From: Phycisphaerae bacterium
Lineage (GTDB): Bacteria > Planctomycetota > Phycisphaerae > UBA1845 > Fen-1342
Direction: 5' to 3'
DNA: 64,000 nucleotides
Assembly (NCBI GenBank): GCA_050115495.1
Contig: JASFQK010000009.1
Location: 64,001 to 128,000, forward strand
In this document: positions 1 through 12,722 of the stretch, piece by piece
How the letters are laid out: each line of letters begins with the position of its first letter
How positions within the stretch are numbered: position 1 is the first letter of the stretch
Position numbers and translations under genes: made by a program
The notes under the pieces: model-generated
What the model was told of the DNA's origin: nothing
Database searches by the model: none
Seen by the model: only the letters and a program-made list of their open reading frames with translations

Positions 1-2
1 TG

Positions 3-3554
<3,552 letters not shown>

Positions 3555-3569
3555 GGGGGGAAGAGAAGA

Positions 3570-3600
3570 AGGCAACCAGGCAACCAGGCAACGAGGCAGA
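3570..3600. repeat. Short 8-bp tandem repeat (AGGCAACC x~3.5) downstream of secA
   Basis: aggcaacc aggcaacc aggcaacg aggcaga read directly from the sequence. Confidence 0.6.
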
Positions 3601-3757
3601 AGATTGCCTCGCGGGCACGTATTCCGTTCGGGGATCTGACGGGGCAACGAGAGATAGGTAGGCGTGGGCGGGGATGCGCGCATAATGTGCTTGGATCGGG
3701 CGCGTTTTTCCGGTGCGTAGACGGTGCCGGCTGTTCTGCACGTCCAGAGAGGAAGCC

Positions 3758-5068
3758 ATGCCTGCTCACTCCGCTCGAACGATCGCGCGTCGTCGTTGGC
3801 GCAGACTGTCGGCTGCCCTGCTCGTCGGGGCCGCCCTGCTGCCGTGCTGGGTCGGCTGCGACCGAAAGCCCGCCGACGGAGAGGTTCGTGTGGTGCGGCT
3901 GTGGGCGCATCAGGGGCAGGAGAAGGAGAACGCGGCGATGCGGGCCATCGCCGACGCGTTCAATGCGGAGCATGCTGCGCAGAAACTGCGCGTGGAGATC
4001 ACGTTCTATCCGGACCGGCAGTATGCGGACAAGGTGTCCATCGCCGCCTTCTCGAAGACGCTGCCCGACGTGCTGGACGTCGACGGCCCGTACGTGGGCC
4101 CCTGGGCCGCGGAGGGCATTCTCCAGCCGCTGGACGAGCTGATCGACGAGACGCTGCGGGCGGACCTGCTGTCCTCGCTGATCGAGCAGGGCACATATGC
4201 GGACCACCTGTACGCCGTCGGGGCGTTCGATTCGGCGTTGGTCGTCTACTACAACGCGGACGTGATCGAGCGGGCCGGCCTACACCCGCCCGAGCACGTC
4301 GCGGAGGCGTGGACCTGGGACGAGTTCGTGCAGGCGCTGGAGCAGGTGAAGCCGCTGGCGACCGTTCCGCTGTCGCTGCATATGGACGACGCCAGCAGCG
4401 AGTGGTTCACGTATGCGTTCTCGCCGCTGCTGTGGTCCAACGGCGGGCAACTCATCGATGATGGGCGGGCCGTCGGTGTGCTGGACAGTCCGGCCAACAT
4501 CGCGGCGCTGACGCGGTGGCAGCAGCTCTTCCGCGACGGTCTCGCCGAGCCGACGTCGACGAATCCGGACCCGTTCTCCGCCGGCCTGGCGGCGTTTGAC
4601 TGGACGGGGCATTGGATGCTACCGAGGTTCGAGCAGAAAGAGGGGCTGCGGTTCGGCGTTATGCCGCTGCCGAAGATGGGCGAGCGATTCGTCGCCGCCT
4701 CGGGGAGCTGGTGCTGGGGGATCTCGCGGGATTGCGGCGATCGGGCGGCGGCGTGGCAGGTGATCTCGTGGCTGCTCGATCCGGAGCACGGCATCAAACC
4801 AATCGTGCAGGCCAACGGGGCCGTGCCGGGACGGCGGAGTGCGTTCGCGCTCTTCCCCGAGTACGAGGAGCTGCCGCGGCAGCTTTTCCGCGAGCAGCTT
4901 GAGCAAGCGGCTCGCGCTCGGCCGCGGACGCCAGCGTATCTGACGCTCACGAGCGAGTTCGCCGCCGCTTTGCGAGACGTGGCCCGTGGGACGGATGTGG
5001 CCCGGCGGCTGAAGGAGGCCGCGGAGAACGTGCAGCGTACGCTGGACCGCCGGGGCGGTGACGGATAG
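3758..5068 (+). CDS. Sugar ABC transporter substrate-binding lipoprotein
   Basis: Signal peptide with lipobox-like WVGC; LPDVLDVDG, YYNADV, WTWDEF and GVMPLP motifs typical of CUT1 binding proteins; GAGGA before ATG 3758; followed by two permeases. Confidence 0.9.
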   Translation: MPAHSARTIARRRWRRLSAALLVGAALLPCWVGCDRKPADGEVRVVRLWAHQGQEKENAAMRAIADAFNAEHAAQKLRVEITFYPDRQYADKVSIAAFSKTLPDVLDVDGPYVGPWAAEGILQPLDELIDETLRADLLSSLIEQGTYADHLYAVGAFDSALVVYYNADVIERAGLHPPEHVAEAWTWDEFVQALEQVKPLATVPLSLHMDDASSEWFTYAFSPLLWSNGGQLIDDGRAVGVLDSPANIAALTRWQQLFRDGLAEPTSTNPDPFSAGLAAFDWTGHWMLPRFEQKEGLRFGVMPLPKMGERFVAASGSWCWGISRDCGDRAAAWQVISWLLDPEHGIKPIVQANGAVPGRRSAFALFPEYEELPRQLFREQLEQAARARPRTPAYLTLTSEFAAALRDVARGTDVARRLKEAAENVQRTLDRRGGDG

Positions 5069-5972
5069 ACCGCAACCCATGGCCGCGATGCCCCGCGAGA
5101 GACTGGTCGCCTGTCTGTTCGTCGCGCCGGCGACGGCGGTGCTCGGCGTGTTCGTCGCGTGGCCGGCGCTGTACATGGCCTGGGCCAGTCTGCACGAAGG
5201 GGCGTGGTCGCAGACGACGGGCCAGACGTTCGCGGGTCTGGCCAGCTACCGGGCCCTGCTCACCGACCGAGCCTTCGGTCAGGCCGCGGCCAACACGGCG
5301 TGGTTCACCGTGCTGGTCGTGCCGCTGCAAACGGCTCTAGCGCTCGCCTTCGCCGTCTGGACGAACCGCCCGGGCAAGGCCGTGCGATTCCTGCGGATGG
5401 CGGTCTTCGTGCCGACAACGCTCTCGCTGGCGGTGCTGAGCGTGGTCTGGAGCCTGCTGTACGCACCGGCGACGGCGACGGGGGCCGGGCTGTTCAACGG
5501 CTTGCTCAGCGGCGTCGGGCTACCAGTTCAACCGTTTCTGGCGAGCCCACGCCAGGCTCTGCTCGCGATCGTGGCGATGAGCGTCTGGCAGGGCGTCGGG
5601 CTGCAAATGATGGTGTTCCTCTCCGGGCTCCAGCAGATCCCGGAGCAGCTCTACGAGGCCGCTCGTCTTGACGGTGCCGGCCGCTGGCAGCAACTCCGCC
5701 ATATCACGCTGCCGGCCCTCGCTCCGACGACGCTGTTCGTCGTCATGATCACGACGATTTTTGCGTTGAAGCTGTTCGTGCAGCCGCTGCTCATGACCGG
5801 CGGCGGGCCGGAAGGCGCCACGCGCAGCGTCGTCCAATACGTCTACGAGGCGGCCTTTCACAGTCGTGACCTGAGTCTGGCTTGTGCGGCGGGTGTGGTG
5901 TTTCTCGTCGCCGTGCTGGTGATCGCGGCTGGGCAGCGCTATGCCGGCCGCCGGGCGGAGGACTGGCAATGA
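5058..5972 (+). CDS. Carbohydrate ABC transporter permease (MalF/UgpA-like)
   Basis: Multiple TM helices; EAA loop LYEAARLDGAGRWQQLRHITLP. Confidence 0.93.
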   Translation: MTDRPQPMAAMPRERLVACLFVAPATAVLGVFVAWPALYMAWASLHEGAWSQTTGQTFAGLASYRALLTDRAFGQAAANTAWFTVLVVPLQTALALAFAVWTNRPGKAVRFLRMAVFVPTTLSLAVLSVVWSLLYAPATATGAGLFNGLLSGVGLPVQPFLASPRQALLAIVAMSVWQGVGLQMMVFLSGLQQIPEQLYEAARLDGAGRWQQLRHITLPALAPTTLFVVMITTIFALKLFVQPLLMTGGGPEGATRSVVQYVYEAAFHSRDLSLACAAGVVFLVAVLVIAAGQRYAGRRAEDWQ

Positions 5973-6832
5973 GCCGCGGCAGGCGGATGGCGATTCGCTG
6001 GGCGGCGGCGCTCGTCGCCGTGGTCGTGGCCGTCCTGTATCTGACGCCGATCCTGTGGACCGCGGCCGCGTCGCTCAAGCCGGACGAGTTCATCCACCGT
6101 GACGTGGACTCACTGCGCAGCCTCGTGCCCGGCCCGACGACGCCGGACAACTACGCGGCGGCGGAGCGGCGGGGACAGGTGAGCGTCACGCTGGTCAACA
6201 CGTTCATCGTCGTGGTGGTCATCGCCGCCGGCGGACTGCTGATTAACGCCCCGGCGGCGTACGCGTTCGCCCGGATGCGTTTCCCGGGGCGGGACGCGCT
6301 GTTCCTGGCGTTCGTGGGGACGATCATCGTACCGCTGGAGGCGATCGTCATCCCGCTGTTCGTGACCGTGCAGGGTAGCCGCGGGTTGGAGAGCGTTCTG
6401 GGCGAGCGAACGTGGACGCTGGTCGCGCTGAGCGTCCCGTTTCTGGCCAAGGCGTTCAACGTGTTCCTGCTGCGGCAGGCCTTTCTTTCGTTGCCGCGAG
6501 CGCTCGAAGAGGCCGCGTTCATCGACGGGGCCGGCTGGTGGCGGGCGTTCTGGCGGGTCGGGCTGCCCAACGTGCGGCCGGCGCTGGTTACCGTCGTGCT
6601 GCTCGACTTCGTCATTCACTGGAACGACTTCCTCTGGCCGTTGGTCATCTGCCAGGATGAGAGCACGCGCACCGTGCAGATCGGCCTCGGCGCGTTCTTC
6701 ACCCAGCCGCCGGTGTCGTGGGGGGCGATCCTGGCGTACGCGGTGCTGATTACGCTGCCGGTGCTGCTCGTGTTTGCGGTGGGCCAGCGGTGGATCGTGC
6801 GTTCGCTGGCGGCGACGGGCGTGCGGGAATAG
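5969..6832 (+). CDS. Carbohydrate ABC transporter permease (MalG/UgpE-like)
   Basis: AAYAFARMRFPGR, LEEAAFIDGAG, WNDFLWPL; ATGA overlap with the upstream permease. Confidence 0.93.
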   Translation: MSRGRRMAIRWAAALVAVVVAVLYLTPILWTAAASLKPDEFIHRDVDSLRSLVPGPTTPDNYAAAERRGQVSVTLVNTFIVVVVIAAGGLLINAPAAYAFARMRFPGRDALFLAFVGTIIVPLEAIVIPLFVTVQGSRGLESVLGERTWTLVALSVPFLAKAFNVFLLRQAFLSLPRALEEAAFIDGAGWWRAFWRVGLPNVRPALVTVVLLDFVIHWNDFLWPLVICQDESTRTVQIGLGAFFTQPPVSWGAILAYAVLITLPVLLVFAVGQRWIVRSLAATGVRE

Positions 6833-7114
6833 TCGCCGTCATGCTCTGCAGCGTGCAGCGTCGCCCGCGGTAACCGCCTGTGGGTACTTGCGACTGTCGC
6901 TCAACCCGGCCAGAGCCAAACCGTCCTCTTGGCGCCGGTGGCCATCACGGTCGCCAGATGTCCAGAGTCTCTTGCTCCTTCTTCAGCGCATACTCAGAGC
7001 CGCCGCTGACACGGCCACGTCCCTGCCAGCTCCGGTAGTCCATAACTCGCCGCTGTCACTGCGCAGACCCCGTGCCGCTGGGCACGTCCAAGCATCTTGC
7101 GTGAGCCACGCGCT

Positions 7115-8449
7115 TCACGACGTCAGCGTGTCCATCCAGCGCTGGAGATGGGCCACACCCTCAAGGCCCGCCACGTCCACGAAACTCGTGATCCCATTGC
7201 CCAAGTCCGCAACCAGCTGCTCTTTCGACGCGGTGGCTGCGAACTGGTACTCAACGCGCTTGCGCTGCAGGTAGTGCCGCAAGCAGCGCATCTTTGCCTC
7301 GGTCGTCGGGAAGTCTATGCGTACGATGCCATGTCGGCGCCGGACGCTCTTGACCGTGCTATCGCCAAACAGAGCGAAGTTGTTCGCATCATTCGCCAGG
7401 ACCTGCTTGCAAACCTCACAAGCGCACACATTCTCATGAAACACAGCTGCGCTCTGAAGGTACCCTGCCGCTCTGAACATGGGCGCCGCGTCCTTGAATC
7501 GCACGCGTGCGTGCAACGGCGGGACGTAGTAGCGGGCAATCGGGATACCACCTCCTACTGGCACCGCCGGCCGAAACTCGCCGAACTCCGGAGCATGCGT
7601 CACGCCGGACAGGGCGCTCTTGCCAAGTACGCCGGCAGCCAGAATCGAGAAGTATCCGCCGTGGAGGTTGACCACCTCCCGGCGCCCTGCCTTTCGAAGC
7701 CGGCGAGCGAACCGCAGAAGGCCGGCGAGTTCAGGCTTGCTGGCTGTCTGTTCGTCGAGATTGTCCGCCCAGAGCAAGTAGCCGTCCGGGCTAGCCCTGC
7801 TCAGACCATCCGTGATGGAGTCTTGGATAGACTCGTCTAACAAGACGCCCTGGCTCACGAGAACAGCCGCAAACAGCTTCGAATCACCGCCCGGCGGGAC
7901 CAGCTCGCGCGCCCGTTCCGCCGCTGCAACACAGACTGGCAACCAATCAACGCAAGTAGTCTCTGTCAGGTAGAAATACGGAGCGACAATCGCATATGGA
8001 GGGAGATCGACCTCGTGGTCATCCAGGTACTTCGCCGTATCCGCGTTTCTCATGTAGCTACGAAGACTCTCACGCTGGAATGCCACACACCGGTCAGTGA
8101 ATCCATCCAAGACACGAGCGGCCTTCAGGTGCTTAGGCAAGAGCCTGCGTGCACCGACCAGCGTGTCTATGGGGCGTCCGTACACCTCCGCCAAGCCCCT
8201 GATGGAGGCCCTCGGCTCCCCTTCGGCGTTGCAGATGGCCTCCGGATCGTGCTGAAAGGCATGCGTCAGAGGATCGATGACATAGACAGCCTGTGCGGTC
8301 TTCTCCAACAAGAAAGCCGCCAGCCCAGCCGGCGCATGTTGTACCATGTTGGCGTTAATGACCACGCCGCGGTACGTTCCCTTCTCTGGATACTCGAAAT
8401 GCCGCTGCTCCGCAAATGTACTGAACATCATCCAATGGTCAATCGACAT
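7115..8449 (-). CDS. Hypothetical 444-aa protein, putative TGT/beta-protein-like TIM barrel with a CxCxxC...H zinc motif
   Basis: Long ORF with alternating beta/alpha pattern (GVVIN, YVIDP, YAIVAPY, FAAVLV, GYLLW, VVNLHGG, GVTH), then GGG..RYY.P, CACEVC and HYL. Start overlaps the upstream gene's stop. Confidence 0.7.
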   Translation of the reverse strand: MSIDHWMMFSTFAEQRHFEYPEKGTYRGVVINANMVQHAPAGLAAFLLEKTAQAVYVIDPLTHAFQHDPEAICNAEGEPRASIRGLAEVYGRPIDTLVGARRLLPKHLKAARVLDGFTDRCVAFQRESLRSYMRNADTAKYLDDHEVDLPPYAIVAPYFYLTETTCVDWLPVCVAAAERARELVPPGGDSKLFAAVLVSQGVLLDESIQDSITDGLSRASPDGYLLWADNLDEQTASKPELAGLLRFARRLRKAGRREVVNLHGGYFSILAAGVLGKSALSGVTHAPEFGEFRPAVPVGGGIPIARYYVPPLHARVRFKDAAPMFRAAGYLQSAAVFHENVCACEVCKQVLANDANNFALFGDSTVKSVRRRHGIVRIDFPTTEAKMRCLRHYLQRKRVEYQFAATASKEQLVADLGNGITSFVDVAGLEGVAHLQRWMDTLTS

Positions 8450-8873
8450 ACGAGATCGCCCTCATTGCGGCGGCCATGCGTCGCCGTTGCGGCGGCCAGA
8501 CCTTGAGATTCCGGCTCGGCTCAACCACCCATTCGCAGTCCCACGAAGTCGGGTCACACTGGATGAGCCCGTAGCCTTCTCCCCGCACTTGTTTCAGCAG
8601 GGCATCGGGCACCGAACGTAACGAGATTGCGATGCAGATGTAGTCGGCCACAACCTGATGTGCTCGGCACTGCTCAATCGCCCGTCGCCAATCGTGTCGC
8701 TTTGCCTCGACGAACGTCACCCATCGATTGCGAGTCGCCACAACATCCGCACTCTGTCCGAGATTCGGGACTTCAAGGCGGACGCGGTATCCCTGGTTTC
8801 TCAAGAAGCCGACCAGGCTGCCGACCACGTCTGCCTCCGTGGCCCTTACGGTCTGACTAGGTAATCTCCTCAT
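8439..8873 (-). CDS. PD-(D/E)XK nuclease-like protein (~144 aa)
   Basis: TEADV...RLEVP....ADVVA......FVEAK...W.RAIEQ follows the restriction-endonuclease-fold E...D...ExK pattern. Start taken at ATG 8873, overlapping the upstream gene. Confidence 0.75.
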   Translation of the reverse strand: MRRLPSQTVRATEADVVGSLVGFLRNQGYRVRLEVPNLGQSADVVATRNRWVTFVEAKRHDWRRAIEQCRAHQVVADYICIAISLRSVPDALLKQVRGEGYGLIQCDPTSWDCEWVVEPSRNLKVWPPQRRRMAAAMRAISYVD

Positions 8874-9351
8874 AGGTCTCCAGCCTGCATGAGGCCCAGT
8901 AAAGAAGAACAACAAGGCCAGTCTGGGCCGACAGAAGAATGATCCCCGCGGGCAGGGCCCATGGTCGAGCGTCAATCCACAACCATGACGCCAATGCGCC
9001 GCCGGCTCCGAGAATGATCGTCCCGAGTAGAGCCGTGTACGCAGAACGCACAACGAGCCGCAAGGTCTCCAGCCTGTGGAAGATCGCGAACAACCGAAAG
9101 GTCTCATCGGTTAGGTTGCCGACGAGGTCCGGCTCCTCCCGGCCATCGCCGCGCACCAAGTCCCCGTCGGGAAGCTGACGCACGTGCTGAAGGAGTGCCG
9201 CGTGCTTGACTGCCAATTGCTCAAGCAGGGCTTGCCGCCGTAGCTTGACCCTTGACCGGAAGCTGGCCTGCGATTCAATGAACGGCTTGAAGTACGTGGC
9301 GAGCGCCCCGACTATAATCGGGACTATGGAGGCGACCAATGATGGCCACAT
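8857..9351 (-). CDS. Hypothetical membrane protein (about 3 TM segments)
   Basis: Hydrophobic N-terminus WPSLVASIVPIIVGALATYF and two C-terminal hydrophobic helices; ATG 4 nt after the upstream stop. Confidence 0.7.
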   Translation of the reverse strand: MWPSLVASIVPIIVGALATYFKPFIESQASFRSRVKLRRQALLEQLAVKHAALLQHVRQLPDGDLVRGDGREEPDLVGNLTDETFRLFAIFHRLETLRLVVRSAYTALLGTIILGAGGALASWLWIDARPWALPAGIILLSAQTGLVVLLYWASCRLETYEEIT

Positions 9352-9355
9352 CGGA

Positions 9356-9952
9356 TCAGGTTGTGCCCCTGCGCCCAAGGACCTGCCCCTTGATTTTCGA
9401 CCTGGTGGTCTGGTCTTCGTAGTTCTCGTAGACGTATTTCAGCAAGGCACGAAGCGGAATCCTCTGAAGACGGCTCTTGAATTCGCGCATGAGACCTTTC
9501 TGCTCGACGGTCAGCAGGCCGTATAGGTCCGCAGCGAACGCCGCTCCCTTTGGCGAGAGGCGAAAGACTTGTTCGTCGTACTCGGAGACGGACGACTCGG
9601 CGGTATCCGCCCGCGACATCGCCAGCCAGCGCTCCCATTCCGCCGCACACTCGGGCAAGGTGTCTTCCTGAGAATCTTCTCGCTCGATGAACCCGTGCAA
9701 CTCGAAGAACGTCAGATCGTCATAGACGTCGCGAGAAAAGGGGCCGAAATCCCAAGCGAAGAATTGGTAGAAATTCTCACTGTCTATCCTGATGTTGGCA
9801 CGGAAGCGAACTAGAGCCTCTTCTCGGAAGAGAAACAGCATCTTCATAAGCCGGGTGCGGCCCGTGATTGGCTCATTGGTCTGCTCGGAGCGTCCCGGCG
9901 AATACAGCAGAAGGAGCAAGATATCCCGTCGATTGTCGATGCGGCGCGCCAC
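9356..9952 (-). CDS. SocA/Panacea (DUF4065)/YwgA-like protein, putative antitoxin or adaptor
   Basis: ILLLLLY...ITGRTRLMKMLFL...YQFFAWDFGPFSRDVYDDL...FRLSPKG...LLKYVY motifs; GGAGG RBS 10 nt before GTG 9952. Confidence 0.7.
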   Translation of the reverse strand: MARRIDNRRDILLLLLYSPGRSEQTNEPITGRTRLMKMLFLFREEALVRFRANIRIDSENFYQFFAWDFGPFSRDVYDDLTFFELHGFIEREDSQEDTLPECAAEWERWLAMSRADTAESSVSEYDEQVFRLSPKGAAFAADLYGLLTVEQKGLMREFKSRLQRIPLRALLKYVYENYEDQTTRSKIKGQVLGRRGTT

Positions 9953-10584
9953 GACGTGCCAACCTCCATACTGCGCGAGCCAACAACACCGGCACCAACG
10001 CGGGGGCTTCGGCGCTACACACAGCCTGCGCACCGCGCGGGGGCAACTTGGCCGACCGTCGACTGCGAATAGTACCGCGGGACTGGCACCAAGTCCAAGG
10101 CGTCTTCCGCAGGGCCTTGACGGCCTGTGAAAGAACGCTCGACCCGGACGCGGCCCCAAACCGACTCTCGGCGTGTCAGAACCAGTCCCCGCGAAGGAGG
10201 CTCGCGGCCTCACTTGAACGATCTGGAGCGGCGCGCGTGGGACCGTGTTGGCACACGGCCTTGCCCACAGACAAGCCACGGGCTGAATCGCACACCGTGG
10301 CTGGGTAGCCCCAGGCGGCCTTCCGCGTGGCCCGTGCCTGGAGGTCCGGCATGGGTCGATGCCGGCATTCGCGCTGTCGGCCGGCCCGGTAGTCTGGCGC
10401 AGCGTCGCCCGGGCATATGCTCAGAGACAGCGGCGCGTCAGGACGATCCTGGCGCCGCACTGCGTGGACCGCAGGCCATACACAGAGACGGGCGGCCAGC
10501 GTGATGCTGACCGCCCGCGAGTTCTAAGACAACAAGCGCCGGCCGCCGGGCTTCAGTGCCGGGCGGGCGGAGGTCGCCGGCCGA

Positions 10585-11511
10585 TCAGCAGCCGCGCCGG
10601 CGAGAGAACGCCAGGGCCAGGCCACTCACGACGAGCAGCATGGTGCCCGGCTCGGGAACGGAGCAGGACAAGGCAATCTGGTCGTTGCCGCAACTGGCGG
10701 CGGTGTGCAACGCGATGTCGAAGGTGGCATCGGTGGAGAGCTGGCTGAGGTCGATGGACCAGGTCTCGAGGTACCAGGTGCGGTTACTGTCGATGATCGT
10801 GGCGTAGGTCAGGCCGGCGTCTCCCAGGTCGTCGCCGCCCTCGGCGAAGGCCCGCATGTCCAGGCCTACGGGGGCATTGCTCGCGGTGTAGGCGCCCTGG
10901 CCACCGGTGAGGGTGACATCGCCGTCGCCGAGCAGGGCCACGAGGTGACCTTCGAGGCTGGTGTCGCCCGTGCCGCCGAAGAGGTGGAACTCCTGGGCGT
11001 CGGCGAAGTGGCCGCCGTTCAGGGAGATCGGGTCGCCTTCGCTGTTGCGGGCCCAGGTGTTGAGCAAGGCGAAGTGGCTGATGCCGTCACTGTCGGAGAC
11101 GGTGACGAAGAGGTCGCCCTCACCGTACCAGGCGCCCCAGCCGTTGTGGTAGTAGCCGGCGTGGGGATCGAGGGCGGTGGCCAACTGGAGAACGAGCGCA
11201 CCGTCGACGACCTGGGCGCCGAGGACGCCCTGGTCAAACGCCAGGCCGGTCGAACCGCCGGGGCTGGGCACCTGGCCGACGCCGCTGGGGTAGGAAACGC
11301 GGTCAGGTCCGAGTTCGGGGAAGTAGTTGCTGATGGTCGGGCCGGAGAGGGGATGGCCCTGAGCCGTGTCGTTGTAGTAAGAAGACTTGAGTCCGGAAAC
11401 GCCGATTTCCCAGGTGGCGTCGAAGCCGGAGAAGGCGTTGACCAGGTCCGCCTGCACGAGGCAGGTGCCGAGGGTAGCGACAACGAGAACGCTCAGAAGG
11501 TTGATACGCAC
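10585..11511 (-). CDS. PEP-CTERM sorting-domain protein
   Basis: Signal peptide; C-terminal SCGND...VPEPGTMLLVVSGLALAFSRRR. Confidence 0.92.
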   Translation of the reverse strand: MRINLLSVLVVATLGTCLVQADLVNAFSGFDATWEIGVSGLKSSYYNDTAQGHPLSGPTISNYFPELGPDRVSYPSGVGQVPSPGGSTGLAFDQGVLGAQVVDGALVLQLATALDPHAGYYHNGWGAWYGEGDLFVTVSDSDGISHFALLNTWARNSEGDPISLNGGHFADAQEFHLFGGTGDTSLEGHLVALLGDGDVTLTGGQGAYTASNAPVGLDMRAFAEGGDDLGDAGLTYATIIDSNRTWYLETWSIDLSQLSTDATFDIALHTAASCGNDQIALSCSVPEPGTMLLVVSGLALAFSRRRGC

Positions 11512-11842
11512 ACCAAGCTCCTTTCCCTATCCTGCGGCGATGTCTCGGCGAATCCCAGACACCAGCCGAAGGGTGGGTCGAGCCTGGCTGGCTGATGGCC
11601 TAGTGCCCAAACGATAGGCTCGACGCCGGCGGCATTTCCACCGCCCCCCGCAGAAAAAGTGGCAATCAATCGGCGGAAAGTCGCGGCATAAACGACAGCA
11701 AAACGAGCGTTCTCATAACAGCAGGGTTTGCGCCGGCGCGCGCGGGGATGCGGAAGGCGACGGCGGACATGCGCGGGTGGAAAGGCTGTTACGCGGACGG
11801 TTCGAAATTCTGCGTCATTGGGCGACGGTGAGTGGTTTCCGG

Positions 11843-12706
11843 TCAGCCGCGCTCCAGCACCACCGATGTGACGATGAATGCGTCGCAGATCGCGTGCACC
11901 GCCACCGCCGGCCAGACGCTACGGGTCCGGTAAGTCAGCACGCCCATCACCCAGCCGAACGTGAAGGTGAGTCCGACGCCGACCCAGCCGTTGGGAAACC
12001 CGCTGCGATAGTGCATGGTCCCGAACAGGGCCGCCTGAAAGAAGATGGCCGGCCAGACGCCGGCGACGCGTCGCGCCTCGCTCTGGAGGACAACGCGGGC
12101 CAGGAACTCCTCGAAGAGGGCGTTCGTTATCGCCACCGCTGGCACAGCCGCCAGCAGCGCGGCCGTCGACCACGGCGGCAGCATCCGGGCGAGGGCGAGT
12201 GGCCGTTCGGCAATGAAGAAGTGCCACCAGGCGAGCCCGGCGATGCTGAGCAGAGCGAAGGGAATGGTCAGCGCCCAGGCTCGGCGCGTCGTCGGCCAGC
12301 GCAGCGAGAGCTCGGTACACGAACGACCGCGCAGGAAGCGGTCGAAGGCGATCAGGGCAACGGCAATGAGCAGTTCCGGAAACGGTGTGGGCAGGTACCA
12401 GTACACACCGAAGTACTGCACCGCCAGCCGAAGCGCCCGGTAGAGCAGGACGATGTCGACCAGCTCCACGAGCGGTACCGGGAGACGTACGTAACGTACG
12501 AGGACGCTCGCCGCCGCCAGGAGCATGAACATCTGGAGTGCCCGGCCGGCGATGATATCACCGGTGGCGATCAGGGCAGTCAGGGCAATGAGCCCGATGA
12601 CGCCGACCACGGTGGAGGCTGGCCGGCGGTGCCGATTCGCCGGATTGCCCTGCGGGGCTGGTGGTGCCATCACGTCCTTCGTTCGCGGCCGCTCAGCGAC
12701 GGGCAC
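11843..12706 (-). CDS. CPBP (CAAX/Abi) family intramembrane metalloprotease
   Basis: EEFLAR, LFGTMH and HAICD motifs in a multi-TM protein. Confidence 0.88.
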   Translation of the reverse strand: MPVAERPRTKDVMAPPAPQGNPANRHRRPASTVVGVIGLIALTALIATGDIIAGRALQMFMLLAAASVLVRYVRLPVPLVELVDIVLLYRALRLAVQYFGVYWYLPTPFPELLIAVALIAFDRFLRGRSCTELSLRWPTTRRAWALTIPFALLSIAGLAWWHFFIAERPLALARMLPPWSTAALLAAVPAVAITNALFEEFLARVVLQSEARRVAGVWPAIFFQAALFGTMHYRSGFPNGWVGVGLTFTFGWVMGVLTYRTRSVWPAVAVHAICDAFIVTSVVLERG

Positions 12707-12722
12707 ACCGCCGCCGGCGGCT

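Noticed and set aside
3758..6832. ABC transporter lacking an ATPase as a defective system
   Set aside because: CUT1 sugar transporters commonly share an ATPase encoded elsewhere.
6945..7043. Small minus-strand ORF (MDYRSWQGRG...) as a fifth cassette gene
   Set aside because: It is only about 32 codons, with no RBS or motif support.
9953..10279. N-terminal extension of the SocA-like ORF to 10279 (likewise 9107 for the nuclease and 36722 for PilMN)
   Set aside because: The extensions are low-complexity or overlap other genes; downstream starts fit better (clear GGAGG for 9952, gene-boundary fit for the others).
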